From the NCBI RefSeq assembly GCF_009834535.1, contig NC_045697.1:51586001-51650000 (forward strand): a DNA stretch of 64,000 nucleotides, in the 5' to 3' direction. The notes below the pieces were generated by a model. It saw only the letters and a program-made list of their open reading frames with translations, did no database searches and had not been told where the DNA came from. The translations under genes and the position numbers were made by a program. Shown one piece after another: positions 63,902-64,000 of the stretch (positions are counted from its first letter, which is position 1; every line of letters starts with the position of its first letter). Origin of the DNA: Camelus ferus (lineage: Eukaryota).

Positions 63902-64000
63902 AGGTGAAATTAATTTTAATAATATGCTCTAAGAAGCACATTATTGTGCTTTAAAGGTTATATTTAAGAAGTTTAATATGCCGTGATTTTCAAGATTATT

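Overview
AT-rich, CpG-depleted, repeat-dense mammalian DNA. It is most likely from a camelid (alpaca, vicuna, llama or camel), because it holds four copies of the tRNA-Ala-derived vic-1-type SINE plus artiodactyl-type L1 3' ends. I found no convincing host protein-coding exon, true tRNA/rRNA gene or CpG-island promoter, so the window looks intronic or intergenic. The ORF-track peptides I recognise are all decayed retroelement proteins (ERVL Gag and protease, L1 ORF1p, L1 ORF2p C-terminus). I see no evidence for a new biological system. The most notable signals are retrotransposition structures: (i) a 3.3-kb TSD-flanked L1 derivative with 5'UTR, ORF1 and 3'UTR but no ORF2 (HAL1-like); (ii) a 5'-inverted L1 that joins antisense ORF1 to the last ~0.8 kb of L1 with most of ORF2 missing; (iii) a small classic twin-primed L1; (iv) an L1 with a probable short 3' transduction; (v) an ERVL/HERV16-like relic whose gag-pro is inverted relative to its 3' end and LTR. 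Repeat family names come from recalled consensus similarity, not a database search. Boundaries without a TSD are approximate.
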